A DNA stretch of 64,000 nt from Alphaproteobacteria bacterium (GCA_964291285.2 OZ219786.1:480001-544000); one strand, 5' to 3'. Counted from the first letter of the stretch, positions 51,745 through 61,959 are shown. Notes: generated by a model not told the origin, from the sequence alone. A program made the numbers and translations.

Positions 51745-53417
51745 CCGCCCGCCTCCCGGTCCGCGCCCGCCGGTCCTGCACCGCCGCCCGCAGCCGCGAC
51801 CGGAGCCGGGCCGAACCCAGCCCGCTCCGATATCCCAAGAGGCGCCCCGATCTCCGCCGTCACCAGAAGCGCCGTCTCCACACGCGCCAGGTCCGCCTTC
51901 CGGCGGCCCTCCGGGAACGGCACGTCCTCATGGACCGTCCCCGACCGGGTGCCCGTGGACGAACGGTCCCGGAAGCCCGTCAGCAGCAGCGTCTCGCCCC
52001 GCGCGATGCGCTGCGTCGCCACGATCGCGCGCCGCCCGCCCGCAGGAAGCTGGATCGCGTTGCCCGCAGAGCCGAAGGACGTGAACGCCGGACGGTCCTG
52101 GATCGTCGCCGTGATCCGCGCCAGGACCTCGTCATGCCCCACGACCCGCGCCACGAAACTCAGACCGAACCCCGACGACACCGTCCCCGGCGTCAGCTTG
52201 TACGACCGCACCCCGTCCTTGACCTCCGTGGCGACCTCCTTCAGGTAGGCCTGGTCGAACAGGTCGTAGAACTGCGCCGGGCGCCCGTTCAGCGTCGGCA
52301 CGTCCACCGACAGCAGGCGCGAGGTCGTGCCGACCTTGCGGAGCGCGCTCACCGTCGCATCCAGCGTCTTCGTTCCGGCGGTCACCGGCTTTACTAACGA
52401 AATCGCGCCGCCCTGGAACCCGACCTGCAGGTTCGACCCGAACGCCTCCGGCAGCAGCCCCGTCAGACCCACCTCGTAGTCCGAGCCCCGGTCGAACCGC
52501 ACCGAGTAGAGATGCACGCTCAGCGTCACCGGGCGCAGCACATGCCGGTTCACATGCTCCAGCCAGGACCGCACACGGTCCACCGCCCGCGGCAGGCCGG
52601 TCACCGTCACCGTCGAGGCCGCCGCCGAGATCGACACCCGGCCTTCGGAACCCGCGGCAGCCCAGGCCTGCGCCCCGATCTCCGACCAGGGCTCGTAGCT
52701 CATCTCCGAGGAGATCGACTGCTCCGAACTCCCCGAGGTCGCCTCGCCGCCGCTGCCCGAGGTTGTCGTCGTCACCGACCAGGTCTGGCGCCCGACCAGC
52801 GCATGCACCCCGAACACCCGCGTCTCGGAGCGCACCACCTCGACCAGCTCCGCCTCGCCGTCATACTGCCACCGGTAGCCCGCGCACTCCGTCCACGCGT
52901 CCAGCAGCCGGTCCAACGGACCTGCCCACACGCCGGCCTCGCCGGCCAGTTCGTCCTCCCAGGAGGCCAGCCAGGCCTCGCACGCGCCGCCCGTCGGCGC
53001 CGGCTCGCCATCCGTCGGCGCATCCGCCCCGTCCATCGGTGCATCCACGCCGTCCATCGGCGCCGGCTCGTTGTCCCTGTGGGCGGCTCCCTGCCACACG
53101 GCCCCGGTCAGCTGCACCCCGATGCCGGTCGCATCGGATATGCGGCGCGCCAGGACCTCGTCCCCCGGACCGTCGCCGAGCGTCACCACGATCCCGGTCT
53201 CCGACCTCAGATCGGCCGGAAGAAGGGAACGCTCCGGCGCCACCGCCGTCAGCGCAAGATACGGGTCCTTCGAGCGCGTGAGAGAGCGGAAACCCGGCCG
53301 CTCCGGACCCGGAGACCCGAGCGAATCAAGCCGGCCCTCTACCTCCGAGGCCGCCCGGTCGACCTCCTCATGATCGAGCCAGCCGCAGCCCGGCAGCGCA
53401 ATGGCCGCCGCCAGCAA
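51741..53417 (-). CDS. pilN: PilN type IVb secretin lipoprotein; start uncertain
   Basis: Lipobox LPGC; W.G.L..LLD; Ser/Thr-rich loop; VTVTG.P..V.RV; TLNGRPA; YLKEV; LTPGTVSSGF; GETLLLTGF. Confidence 0.9.
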   Translation of the reverse strand: MLAAAIALPGCGWLDHEEVDRAASEVEGRLDSLGSPGPERPGFRSLTRSKDPYLALTAVAPERSLLPADLRSETGIVVTLGDGPGDEVLARRISDATGIGVQLTGAVWQGAAHRDNEPAPMDGVDAPMDGADAPTDGEPAPTGGACEAWLASWEDELAGEAGVWAGPLDRLLDAWTECAGYRWQYDGEAELVEVVRSETRVFGVHALVGRQTWSVTTTTSGSGGEATSGSSEQSISSEMSYEPWSEIGAQAWAAAGSEGRVSISAAASTVTVTGLPRAVDRVRSWLEHVNRHVLRPVTLSVHLYSVRFDRGSDYEVGLTGLLPEAFGSNLQVGFQGGAISLVKPVTAGTKTLDATVSALRKVGTTSRLLSVDVPTLNGRPAQFYDLFDQAYLKEVATEVKDGVRSYKLTPGTVSSGFGLSFVARVVGHDEVLARITATIQDRPAFTSFGSAGNAIQLPAGGRRAIVATQRIARGETLLLTGFRDRSSTGTRSGTVHEDVPFPEGRRKADLARVETALLVTAEIGAPLGISERAGFGPAPVAAAGGGAGPAGADREAGG

Positions 53418-53499
53418 AACGGCCCGGACAGCCGCTCCGGAACCCGATGCGAAGCCGCTCGAACCGCCCGAAAGTCCTTGCCGCGCCGTGGTTGACAGG

Positions 53500-53860
53500 A
53501 CCCCGAATCCCTCTCACCTTGTCTCCGAATGCGAAGGTCGGTCGGCTGCCAATCATGAACATGACCGCGTTGTATGTCTTCGATATCGACCAATCAAGAA
53601 AACAAGGCCAAATCAGCAAAAATGTTTCACTACATTTTTCTCAACCCGCGCCAATCATCACCTCACTATCCAATCATTTCAACAACTTGGCGAAACCGCG
53701 CCCGGCAAAAATCGACACCGACTGTTCAAGTTGGGCTTGAGCATCGAGGACTTGGCGTTCTCCACGAGATGGAGTATACAGAAGGGTGCAGGGTAACTGC
53801 TTAAAAGTCGTTACCTGCCCTCAGAATGTGTCGAATGGCATGTGAAGGAGTTCGAATGCT
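53500..53860. promoter_or_regulatory. AT-rich intergenic region, likely promoter of the pil/dot operon and possible element boundary
   Basis: Abrupt GC drop between divergent pilN and cas8e; no convincing ORF. Confidence 0.45.
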
Positions 53861-53959
53861 AATCACCATCCGAGAGACCTGTTGCCGCGTCCGCCGCTTG
53901 CTGTCGACATTGCGAGTCCGGGTTGCGGCGGGCATCGAGATTCAGGTATGCCGCCGCCC

Positions 53960-54995
53960 ATGACGACATCCTGCAACACACCACTGAATTTGATTCGCGC
54001 TCCCTGGCTACTGCTCCGGCGGCGAAGCGGGCATGTGCAACAGGTTGCGCCATTTCGAGTTGTTGATGGGATCGACAACGATCCTTTCGTCGCGTTCGCC
54101 TGGCCCCGGCCCGATTTCAACGGGGCCGCCCACGAGTTCCTGATCGGGCTGCTGAGCACAACTGCCGCGCCGGAAAACGGGGACGAATGGGAGGATTGGT
54201 GGGCGGAGCCGCCCGCGCCCGAGGTTCTGTGGGGCCGGTTCGAAGCCGTCGCGGATGCCTTCGACCTCGACGGTCCCGGCCCCCGCTTTCTGCAAGATAT
54301 TGATCCGCTCGACGGCGCCGATGAAAAGACGGTTGCCGCGCTCCTGATCGACACGCCGGGCGCACAGACGCTGCGCAATAATGCCGACCTCTTCGTGAAG
54401 CGTGGCAGCGCTCCAGTTTTGGGGCGAGCCGCGGCGGCGATGGCGTTGTTTACGCTCAATGCCTATGCGCCATCGGGCGGTGCCGGGCACCGCACCTCTC
54501 TTCGCGGCGGCGGGCCCCTGACGACGCTCGCACTTGCAGGCGACCATTTGTGGGGCCGGCTCTGGCCCAATGTCGAGACGGTCGAATCGATCAAGGACCG
54601 CTGGCCGCGTCCCTCGCTGCCGCCTGACGATCCGGCTGCGATGTTCCCTTGGCTTGCCCCGACTCGCACATCCAACCCGAAGGCCGGTGGACAGGCGACC
54701 ACGCCTGCTGACACACACCCGCTGCAGGTATATTGGGGCATGCCCCGGCGCATCCGTCTGGCGTTTGAGAAGTCGCAAGGTCGGCGTTGCGCGCTTACGG
54801 GCGTCGAAGACGAGGTGGTCGTCGCGGCGTACCGGACCCGGAATTATGGCGTCAACTACTCCGAAGGCTTCGAGCATCCACTGACGCCCTACTACGCCCA
54901 GAAGGCTGGTAGTGAAAGGCTTCCCGTGCATCCGCGACCGGGTGGGCTCAGCTACCGGCACTGGCCTGGTCTGGTGGCGCCGAGTGCCGACGGGT
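53960..54995 (+). pseudogene. casA: Type I-E Cascade large subunit Cas8e/Cse1, 3'-truncated by IS insertion
   Basis: NLI..PWL, PRPDFNGA..EFLIGLL, AFDLDG.GPRFLQD, LLID.PG......N.D.FVKRG, ALFTL...APSGG.G.RTSLRGGGPLTTL, YWGMPRRIRL, HPLTPYY. Homology ends at the IS end at 54996. Confidence 0.9.
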
Positions 54996-55082
54996 CAGGG
55001 CGAATTAATTGTCTGCCTTTGGGCCATGTTGAGGTGGGGTCCGGGGTGGCTATTTTTTTCTTGATATGGCAGTGTGCCGGTC

Positions 55083-56870
55083 ATGGCGAGGTTTCTGTTT
55101 GCGGGTGTTTGGGTTGATCTTCGCGCGGTCACGGTGCGCCCGACCTGGGGGGCACGGGAGCACCGGCGCTGGGACGATTTGGTAGCGGCGCACCACTATC
55201 TGCGGTTCCACGGCATCATCGGCAAGGGTCTGCGCCATGTCGCGGTTCATGGCGAGGCCTGGCTTGCCCTGGTTGGCTGGCAGCCTGGAGCGTTCAAGGT
55301 GGGAGCGCGGGACCGCTGGATCGGGTGGTCGGCGGAGCAGCAGTTCCGTCGCCTGCATCTGGTTGCCAACAACTCGCGCTTTGTCATCCTGACGCCTGAG
55401 CGGGTTCCCAACCTTGCCTCGCGGGTGCTGGGGCTGAGCGTGCGGCGGCTGTCGCAGGACCTGCGGGCGGCGCATGGCTATCCGGCTGTTGTGGCGGAGA
55501 CGTTTGTGGACGTCTCGCGCTTCGCCGGCACCTGCTACCGCGCGGCCAACTGGCGCTCTTTGGGTCTGACGCGCGGCTTTGCCCGCGAGCCCGGAGGGGT
55601 GGCGCGCTGGCGTCACCACGGCCAGCCCAAGGAGGTCTTCGTGTTCGAACTGACACACGGCGCCCCCGAGGCGCTGAGCCATCCCGAGATACCGGCAGAC
55701 TGGAACGCTGAGCAGCACACCGAGCCGATGGCGGCGCCCCGGCTGCGCAGCCTGTTCGAGTGTTTGGGCGAGGTGCCCGAATACCGCCATGCCCGGGGCA
55801 AGCGCTATGCGCTCACCACCATTCTGACGCTGGCCGTTGCCGCCCGGCTTGCCGGATACCGGGGTGTGAACGCCTTCGCCCAGTTCGCCGCCCTGCTCTC
55901 CCAGAAGCAACTCAAGGCGGTGGGCGCCTTCTGGAGCCCATCCAGGCAGTGCTACACGCCGCCGGCGGTCACCACCTTCCACAACATCCTCGCCGCCCTG
56001 CCGCCACAGACCCTGGACAATGCCATCGGCCAGTGGGCCGGACAGCACAGCAGTGCGCACGCGCCTGTGGCCATGGACGGAAAGGATTTGCGCGGTGCCT
56101 CGAAGCAGAGCGAAGACCGGCGCAGGAGGATGGTCGCTGCGGTGGCGCATGACACCGGCGTGGTCCTCGGGCAGGTCGAAGTCAGCTCCAAAAGCAACGA
56201 AATCCCGGCCGTGCGCGAACTCTCCAGCGGTCTCGACCTCACAGGCCGGATCGTCACCATCGATGCGATGCACGCCCAGCACGAGACCGCGCGTTGCCTG
56301 CTCGAACGCCGTGCCGACTACGTGGTCAGCGCGGTGAAGGGCAACCAGCAGACCATCCTCGAAGACCTCAAGGCGATCGACTTCAGCGATGCGCCCTGGC
56401 ACGAAACCGTCGACAAGGGCCATGGTCGCATTGAGCGCCGACGCTGCGCCGTCGTCGACCTCTGCGCTGCCGAGTGGGACGGCTACGCCCACCTTCACGG
56501 GCGCCGCCAGGCAATGCGCATGGAACGCGAGCGCAAGATGCTCAAAACCGGCAAGCGCAGCATCGAGGTCACCTGGAGCCTGACGTCGCTTGGCGCAGAG
56601 CGAGCCGGCCCCAAGGAGCTTCTCGATCTGGTGCGCAACCACTGGCACATTGAGAACCGTGTGCACTATGTGCGTGACTTCACCTATGACGAAGACCGTT
56701 GCCGGGCATATGTGCGCCACCTGCCCGGAAATCTGGCCTGCTTGAGCAACGCGGCCATCGCTATCGTGCGCTGCGACGGACGCTTCCGATATGTACCCGA
56801 GGCCAACCGGCACTACGCCGCCCGCGCCCAAGAGGCCCTCGACGCGATTATGATCGCGCCCAGAGGCTGA
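55083..56870 (+). CDS. ISAs1-family DDE transposase with N-terminal DUF4338-like domain
   Basis: HHYL, RDRWIGW, NNSRF.IL, NLASRVL, ETFVD...F.GTCYRAANW; then R...G.RY.L, VAMDGKDLRG, KSNEIPA, VTIDAMHAQ, VKGNQ, HGRIERR, RNHWHIENRVHYVRDFTYDED. Confidence 0.93.
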   Translation: MARFLFAGVWVDLRAVTVRPTWGAREHRRWDDLVAAHHYLRFHGIIGKGLRHVAVHGEAWLALVGWQPGAFKVGARDRWIGWSAEQQFRRLHLVANNSRFVILTPERVPNLASRVLGLSVRRLSQDLRAAHGYPAVVAETFVDVSRFAGTCYRAANWRSLGLTRGFAREPGGVARWRHHGQPKEVFVFELTHGAPEALSHPEIPADWNAEQHTEPMAAPRLRSLFECLGEVPEYRHARGKRYALTTILTLAVAARLAGYRGVNAFAQFAALLSQKQLKAVGAFWSPSRQCYTPPAVTTFHNILAALPPQTLDNAIGQWAGQHSSAHAPVAMDGKDLRGASKQSEDRRRRMVAAVAHDTGVVLGQVEVSSKSNEIPAVRELSSGLDLTGRIVTIDAMHAQHETARCLLERRADYVVSAVKGNQQTILEDLKAIDFSDAPWHETVDKGHGRIERRRCAVVDLCAAEWDGYAHLHGRRQAMRMERERKMLKTGKRSIEVTWSLTSLGAERAGPKELLDLVRNHWHIENRVHYVRDFTYDEDRCRAYVRHLPGNLACLSNAAIAIVRCDGRFRYVPEANRHYAARAQEALDAIMIAPRG

Positions 56871-57007
56871 TACCCCACCCCCCACCGCAATACAGGCTCG
56901 GGCCGAAGAACGGCGCAGCAAAACAACTGCGCCCGTCGAGGACGAAAACACTGGACCGCGGCATCAAGAAACCACCATGACGGCGGCCAGAAACGTCTGG
57001 GGTTCCC

Positions 57008-57419
57008 CAAAACCTTCATTGTCGGGCGGGTCGGCCACCCCGTATCATGAAAACAGGTGCCGGCCGCGCGGGCGGGACTTCGGGCTTTTACGGGGTTGCC
57101 TACCGGTCAGGGTCCGCAAGACGGGCGCCGCAGATGGCGAGTATCGGACGCCTCGGGAGCAGTGCTTTGGCGGGGAGGTTTTTTTTGCGCCCGATCCCCA
57201 ACAATTTTCACGGCAAAACCTTCATTGTCGGGCGGGTCGGCCACCCCGTATCATGAAAACAGGTGCCGGCCGCGCGGGCGGGACTTCGGGCTTTTACGGG
57301 GTTGCCTACCGGTCAGGGTCCGCAAGACGGGCGCCGCAGATGGCGAGTATCGGACGCCTCGGGAGCAGTGCTTTGGCGGGGAGGTTTTTTTTGCGCCCGA
57401 TCCCCAACAATTTTCACGG
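57008..57419 (+). repeat. 206-bp tandem duplication
   Basis: 57008-57213 repeated at 57214-57419, apparently identical. Confidence 0.9.
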
Positions 57420-57504
57420 CAAACACCGGCAGCCAGACCGACATCACTCAGACAAAGCCCGCGGTTCGACTAAAAATTTTCCCTGGCGCGCCGGGCGGGG
57501 CGAC

Positions 57505-58599
57505 TTACCCATTGCCGATGGCGGCGTTGATCGCCGGCATCACCTTCTCCGCCATCAGCTCCATCGAGCGGATGCCGAGCGTCTTGTCCTCCCAGTCCTT
57601 GCCGGCATAGAGCAGCGTGCCGAAGTCGCCCGTCACCTCGCGGAAGGCGAGCAACTGGTCCACCACGCTTGCCGGGTCGCCCGCGATGACGAGGCTCTCG
57701 ACCACATAATCGAGGGTCAGTTTCTCGTCCGGGAAATCGGGCGCGGGCTTGAAGGCGGCGTGGCGGTTCGCCTTCCTGAGCTTGGTGAAGAGCTGCCGGT
57801 AGTAGAAGCGGTAGGGGCTGCGTTCGTTCTCCTTGCCGTAGTCGAGTGCGGTCCGGTGGTCGTCATGGACGAAGATCGACCGCGCTACCCGCCAGTTGCC
57901 ACGGTCCGCCGCGCGGCCGGCCTCCTCGCATCCCTGCTCATAGTTCGCCCAGTGGGTCGGGACCCATACAGGCTGCAGGAAGTTTGCCGAAATCGGGAAG
58001 AAGCCCCTTCGGCCGATCTCGACCGCGCTCTTCGAGTGCGGCGAGACCACCGTGGCGAGGATGGGCGGGTGCGGCTTCTGGTAAGGCTTTGCGATGGGGC
58101 CGACGCCGATCTCCGGGAAGAGCGTCTCGCGGGTCGTGATCTTCCAGTGCCTGCCCTCGAGGTCGTAGGGCGGCTCGCCCTGCCAGATGTCGAGAATGTG
58201 GCCGATGGACTCCAGGAACATCTCGCCCCGGTCGAGGCCGAGTATGCCGAGCGCCTCCGCATCGGACTCGAGCGCGCCGGGGCTGATGCCGAGCAGGAAC
58301 CGCCCCTTGAGCAGGTGGTCCAGCATGGCCGCCTGGGCCGCGATGAGAACGGGATGGGTATGGGAGAGGTTGGCGGTGCCGGTGCCGAGCCTGATCTGCT
58401 TCGTGTCGGAAATCAGGCTCGCCTGGAACAGCATCGAATTGGTGATGCTCTCGGCCGCATCGGTGACGTGCTCGCCGACATAGGCCTCCGAATAGCCCAG
58501 CTGATCGGCAAGTATGACGGCCTCACGGTCCTCCTGCAGGACCTCGGTATAGTCCCGGTCCAGCCGGTGGATCGGCATGGTGAAGAAGCCGAGCTTCAC
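57505..58599 (-). CDS. LLM class flavin-dependent oxidoreductase (luciferase-like monooxygenase)
   Basis: KLGFFTMPIH, ADQLGYSEAYVGEH, IRLGTG, HPVLIA.QAAMLDHL.KGRF.LGI, P.QKPHPP. Confidence 0.93.
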   Translation of the reverse strand: MKLGFFTMPIHRLDRDYTEVLQEDREAVILADQLGYSEAYVGEHVTDAAESITNSMLFQASLISDTKQIRLGTGTANLSHTHPVLIAAQAAMLDHLLKGRFLLGISPGALESDAEALGILGLDRGEMFLESIGHILDIWQGEPPYDLEGRHWKITTRETLFPEIGVGPIAKPYQKPHPPILATVVSPHSKSAVEIGRRGFFPISANFLQPVWVPTHWANYEQGCEEAGRAADRGNWRVARSIFVHDDHRTALDYGKENERSPYRFYYRQLFTKLRKANRHAAFKPAPDFPDEKLTLDYVVESLVIAGDPASVVDQLLAFREVTGDFGTLLYAGKDWEDKTLGIRSMELMAEKVMPAINAAIGNG

Positions 58600-58636
58600 G
58601 GGCGAAGGCTCCGGTGCCCGTTCGCCGGTTCCGGCC

Positions 58637-59368
58637 TCATGCCCCGAGATAGTATTGCTTGACCATCTCATTTTCCGCCAGCGCGGCGGCCGATGGGGCG
58701 GAGAAGGCGATATCGCCATGCACGATGATGTAGCCGCGGTCGGCGATCTTGATCGCCTGGTTGAAGTTCTGCTCGGCCATCAGCACCGTCAGGTTCCGCT
58801 GCTCCTTCAGTTCCTCGATCTTGGCGATCATGCGGCTCACGAGAATCGGCGCGAGCCCCACGGAGGGCTCGTCCACGAGCAGGATACGCGGCTCCGACAT
58901 GAGCGCGCGGGCGATTGCGAGCATCTGCTGCTCGCCCCCGGACATCGAGCCTGCGAGCTGGCGGCGGCGTTCGGCAAGCACCGGAAACGCCTCGAAGCAG
59001 AAGGCGAGATTATCGCCGATCCGCCGCCGCGCCGCCTCCCGGTAGGCCCCGAGCATCAGGTTCTCCTCCACGGTCAGGCGCGGAAACAAGCGCCGGCCTT
59101 CCGGGACGAGGGAGATTCCAAACTCCACGACTTCCTGCGGTGTTCTGCCGACCAGCTCGATCCGAACGCCATCGTCGGTCTCCAGCACGATGGAGCCGGC
59201 GGTGGGGGCGACGATCCCCATGATGCAGTGGATGAGCGTGGACTTGCCGTTGCCGTTGGTGCCGAGCAGGGCGACCGTCTCGCCCGCATCCACGGAGATC
59301 GAGACGCCGTGCAACACGCGCACCGAGCCGTAACCGGCCTCGACATCGCTTACAACGATCCTACTCAC
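58637..59368 (-). CDS. ABC transporter ATP-binding protein (LivF-like)
   Basis: GTNGNGKST; VPEGRRLF; MSGGEQQMLA; VDEPSVGLAP. Confidence 0.95.
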   Translation of the reverse strand: MSRIVVSDVEAGYGSVRVLHGVSISVDAGETVALLGTNGNGKSTLIHCIMGIVAPTAGSIVLETDDGVRIELVGRTPQEVVEFGISLVPEGRRLFPRLTVEENLMLGAYREAARRRIGDNLAFCFEAFPVLAERRRQLAGSMSGGEQQMLAIARALMSEPRILLVDEPSVGLAPILVSRMIAKIEELKEQRNLTVLMAEQNFNQAIKIADRGYIIVHGDIAFSAPSAAALAENEMVKQYYLGA

Positions 59369-60098
59369 CGAGATAGGCCCTCTCGACTTCGGGGTCGTTG
59401 ACGATATCGCCCGGGCCGCCCTCCGCGATCTTGCGGCCTGCGTCGAGTACGACGATCCGCTCGGAGAAGCGCATCACCGCCCGCATGATGTGCTCGATCA
59501 TGATGATCGTGATGCCGTCCTCGTTCAGCCGGAACAGGATGTCGAGGATGTCGTCCACCTCTCCCGAGGACAGGCCGGCCATCGCCTCGTCCGAGATCAG
59601 TAACTCGGGCTCTGTCGCCATCGCCCGCGCAAGCTCCAGCTTGCGCATGTCGATCTGGGTGAGCTTGCCGGAGTTTTCGCGGGCGCGGTCCGCGAGGCCG
59701 ATCGTCTCCAGAATCGCCATGCCGCGCCCGGTGATCTCTGCGGGAGCCGCGGCCGTGGCATATTCGAGCGGGATGACGAGGTTCTCCAGTACCGTCATCG
59801 ACCGGAACGGCTTCGGGATCTGGAACGACCGGGCGATCCCCAGCCGAGTTCGCTCATGCGGCTTGCGGCCGTCCAGCTTCTCGCCCTTGAAGCGGATTTC
59901 ACCGCCTTCGTTCGCGAGCGTGCCGGAGATGCAGTTGATCATGGTCGTCTTGCCGGAGCCGTTCGGACCGATCATTCCGAACCGCTCACCCGCGCGCACC
60001 TCGAGGCTTACCCCATCGAGTGCAGTGAAGCCGCCGAACCGCTTGGTCACGTCGCGGGCATCCAGGAGGATGCGGGGCGCCCGGGCGTCATCGATCAT
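59361..60098 (-). CDS. ABC transporter ATP-binding protein (LivG-like)
   Basis: FGGFTAL; GPNGSGKTT; GIARSFQ; DEAMAGL; IEH; AYLG. Confidence 0.95.
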   Translation of the reverse strand: MIDDARAPRILLDARDVTKRFGGFTALDGVSLEVRAGERFGMIGPNGSGKTTMINCISGTLANEGGEIRFKGEKLDGRKPHERTRLGIARSFQIPKPFRSMTVLENLVIPLEYATAAAPAEITGRGMAILETIGLADRARENSGKLTQIDMRKLELARAMATEPELLISDEAMAGLSSGEVDDILDILFRLNEDGITIIMIEHIMRAVMRFSERIVVLDAGRKIAEGGPGDIVNDPEVERAYLGE

Positions 60099-61044
60099 TA
60101 CCGGCCCTCCGCCATTTCCTGATCAGCCCGACGATTCCCTCCGGTGCCGCGATCACGAAGAACACGAGCAGCACGCCGACGATGAGCAGGTTGAGTTCCG
60201 AAGAGATCGTCACCGTCGCGACCTGCTGCACCGTGCCGAGCAGGAGCGCGCCGATGAGAGGCCCGAGCCAAGTGGTCGCCCCGCCGATCATCGGCATTGC
60301 GATGGAGTTGACGGCATAGACGAGATTGAACGCCGACGACGGTTCGACGAATCCGACATAGAGCACGAAGGGCGCGCCGGCGACGCCCATGAGGAAGCCG
60401 GAGACGGTGGTCGCCAGCAGCTTCAGCCGCAAAGTCGGCACGCCCGCGCACTCGGCCGCCTCCTCGTCGTCGCGGATCGCCGCGAAGCCGCGCCCGGCCT
60501 TGGAGCGCTCGATCCAGCGCGCGGTCCCGACGGCGAAGATCGCGAGCAGCAGCATCATGAAGAACAGGAACTCGATATAGTCGCCGAACGGCGCGATCTC
60601 CCGCGCCCGCAGGATGTAGGCCCCGGTTGCGCCGCCCACATAGTCCCAGTTGACGACGAGCGTCTCGAGCACGATGGCGAGCGCAAGCGTCGCGATGGCA
60701 AAGAAGACCCCCCGCAGCCGGAGCGTGAGATAGCCCATGGCCAGGCCGAGGAGCGCGCAGACGATTCCCGATACCGGAATCATCACCAGCAGCGGCGCCT
60801 TGAAGAGGTTGTAGAGCACCACGGAGGTGTAGGCGCCGACCGCAAAGAACCCGGCCGTGCCGAAGTTCACATAGCCCATATAGCCGCCCATGATGTTCCA
60901 TGCCGTTGCAAGCACCACATATTGCAGCACGACATAGCCCGCGAAATAGACGAAGGCGTTGACCGGCACGAGGTCGAGGATCGTGAGCGCGGCGCCGACG
61001 AGCGCGATGACCGCGGCCCAGAGCCAGAACGAACGGAGCTTCAT
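60088..61044 (-). CDS. ABC transporter permease (LivM-like)
   Basis: WNIMGGYMGYVNFG; LRLRGVFFAIATLA; AIRDDEEAAE..GV; PEGIVG. Confidence 0.95.
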   Translation of the reverse strand: MKLRSFWLWAAVIALVGAALTILDLVPVNAFVYFAGYVVLQYVVLATAWNIMGGYMGYVNFGTAGFFAVGAYTSVVLYNLFKAPLLVMIPVSGIVCALLGLAMGYLTLRLRGVFFAIATLALAIVLETLVVNWDYVGGATGAYILRAREIAPFGDYIEFLFFMMLLLAIFAVGTARWIERSKAGRGFAAIRDDEEAAECAGVPTLRLKLLATTVSGFLMGVAGAPFVLYVGFVEPSSAFNLVYAVNSIAMPMIGGATTWLGPLIGALLLGTVQQVATVTISSELNLLIVGVLLVFFVIAAPEGIVGLIRKWRRAGNDR

Positions 61045-61059
61045 GGCGGGCGCTCCTGT

Positions 61060-61932
61060 CTACCGTCCGAAGAGGCCCTGCGGCCGGAAGGCAAGCGCGA
61101 GCAGCAGAATGCCGAAGGCGACGGCGGGCGCCCATGACGGGCCGTAGAAGGTCGAGACGAGGCTCTCCGCAATGCCGAGGACGAGCGCCGCCACCAGAGT
61201 GCCGGGGATCGAGCCGAGCCCGGCAAGGACGGCGATGGCGAACACCTGTCCGATATACAGCCGCCCGACGGACGGCTCGATGGGAATGATGATGATGAGG
61301 AGCGCGCCCGCGATCGCCGTGGTCCCGATGCCGATGCCGAAGCCGAGCTGCTTGATCTTCACCGGGTCCGCCGCCATGAGTTGGAGGGCGAGGCGGTCCT
61401 GCGCCACGGCCATGATCGCGCGGCCGTTGAAGGTGCGCGACATGTAGAGATAGACTGCACCGAACATGACGAGCGAGACGACGAACGGCACCAGCATGCG
61501 GGTCGGCACGCCGATCCCGCCGATCTTCCAGTTCTCTCCGATATAGGGGGCCTGCACGGAGCGGAAATCGACCCCGTAGGCCATGATGAGCCCGACCTCG
61601 ATGATGAACATGACGCCGAAGAAGAAGGCAAGGCCGCGCAGTGCCTCGTCGTCCTTGCGCTCGAAGCTCTCATAGTAGATCCGGTAGGCCCCGACCCCGA
61701 CGAAGAAGAACACCGGCGCGAACACGAGCCCCACCAGGATCGGGTCGAGCCCCCACATGCTGTTGCACATGTAGGCGATGTAGGAGCCCAGGATGACGAA
61801 TGCCGGATGGGCAATGTTCACGATGTTGAGCTGCCCGAACGCCACGGTGAGGCCGAGGCTCACCGCAGCATAGAAGCCGCCGAGCAGGACCCCGGCGACG
61901 AGCGCGTTCAGCAGAAGCTCGATTGAGAACAC
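61060..61932 (-). CDS. ABC transporter permease (LivH-like)
   Basis: GGFYA..SLGL...FG..NIVNIAH; GRAIMAVAQD; LAGLGSIPG; RPQGLFG. Confidence 0.95.
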   Translation of the reverse strand: MFSIELLLNALVAGVLLGGFYAAVSLGLTVAFGQLNIVNIAHPAFVILGSYIAYMCNSMWGLDPILVGLVFAPVFFFVGVGAYRIYYESFERKDDEALRGLAFFFGVMFIIEVGLIMAYGVDFRSVQAPYIGENWKIGGIGVPTRMLVPFVVSLVMFGAVYLYMSRTFNGRAIMAVAQDRLALQLMAADPVKIKQLGFGIGIGTTAIAGALLIIIIPIEPSVGRLYIGQVFAIAVLAGLGSIPGTLVAALVLGIAESLVSTFYGPSWAPAVAFGILLLALAFRPQGLFGR

Positions 61933-61959
61933 CGGCGGGCTCGGTCCTTAGGTTGCGCG

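Larger units (their letters stand above)
54996..57485 (+). mobile_element. ISAs1-family insertion sequence
   Basis: Imperfect terminal IRs CAGGGCGAATTAATTGTC (54996) and GACTAAAAATTTTCCCTG (57468-57485), 13/18 match; no target-site duplication seen. Confidence 0.75.

Noticed and set aside
52990-53070. 21-bp repeats in pilN (and 9/18-bp repeats near 38354-38425) as phase-variation switches
   Set aside because: Unit lengths are multiples of 3 and lie in linker or signal regions, so they change length, not frame.
53574-53950. cas3 remnant or att site upstream of cas8e
   Set aside because: Short ORFs show no recognisable Cas3 motifs, and no tRNA or att-like repeat could be identified.
55050-56951. 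633-aa minus-strand ORF; also a Druantia defence system
   Set aside because: The ORF is the antisense shadow of the transposase. The DUF4338-like domain is fused to the transposase and no other dru genes are present.
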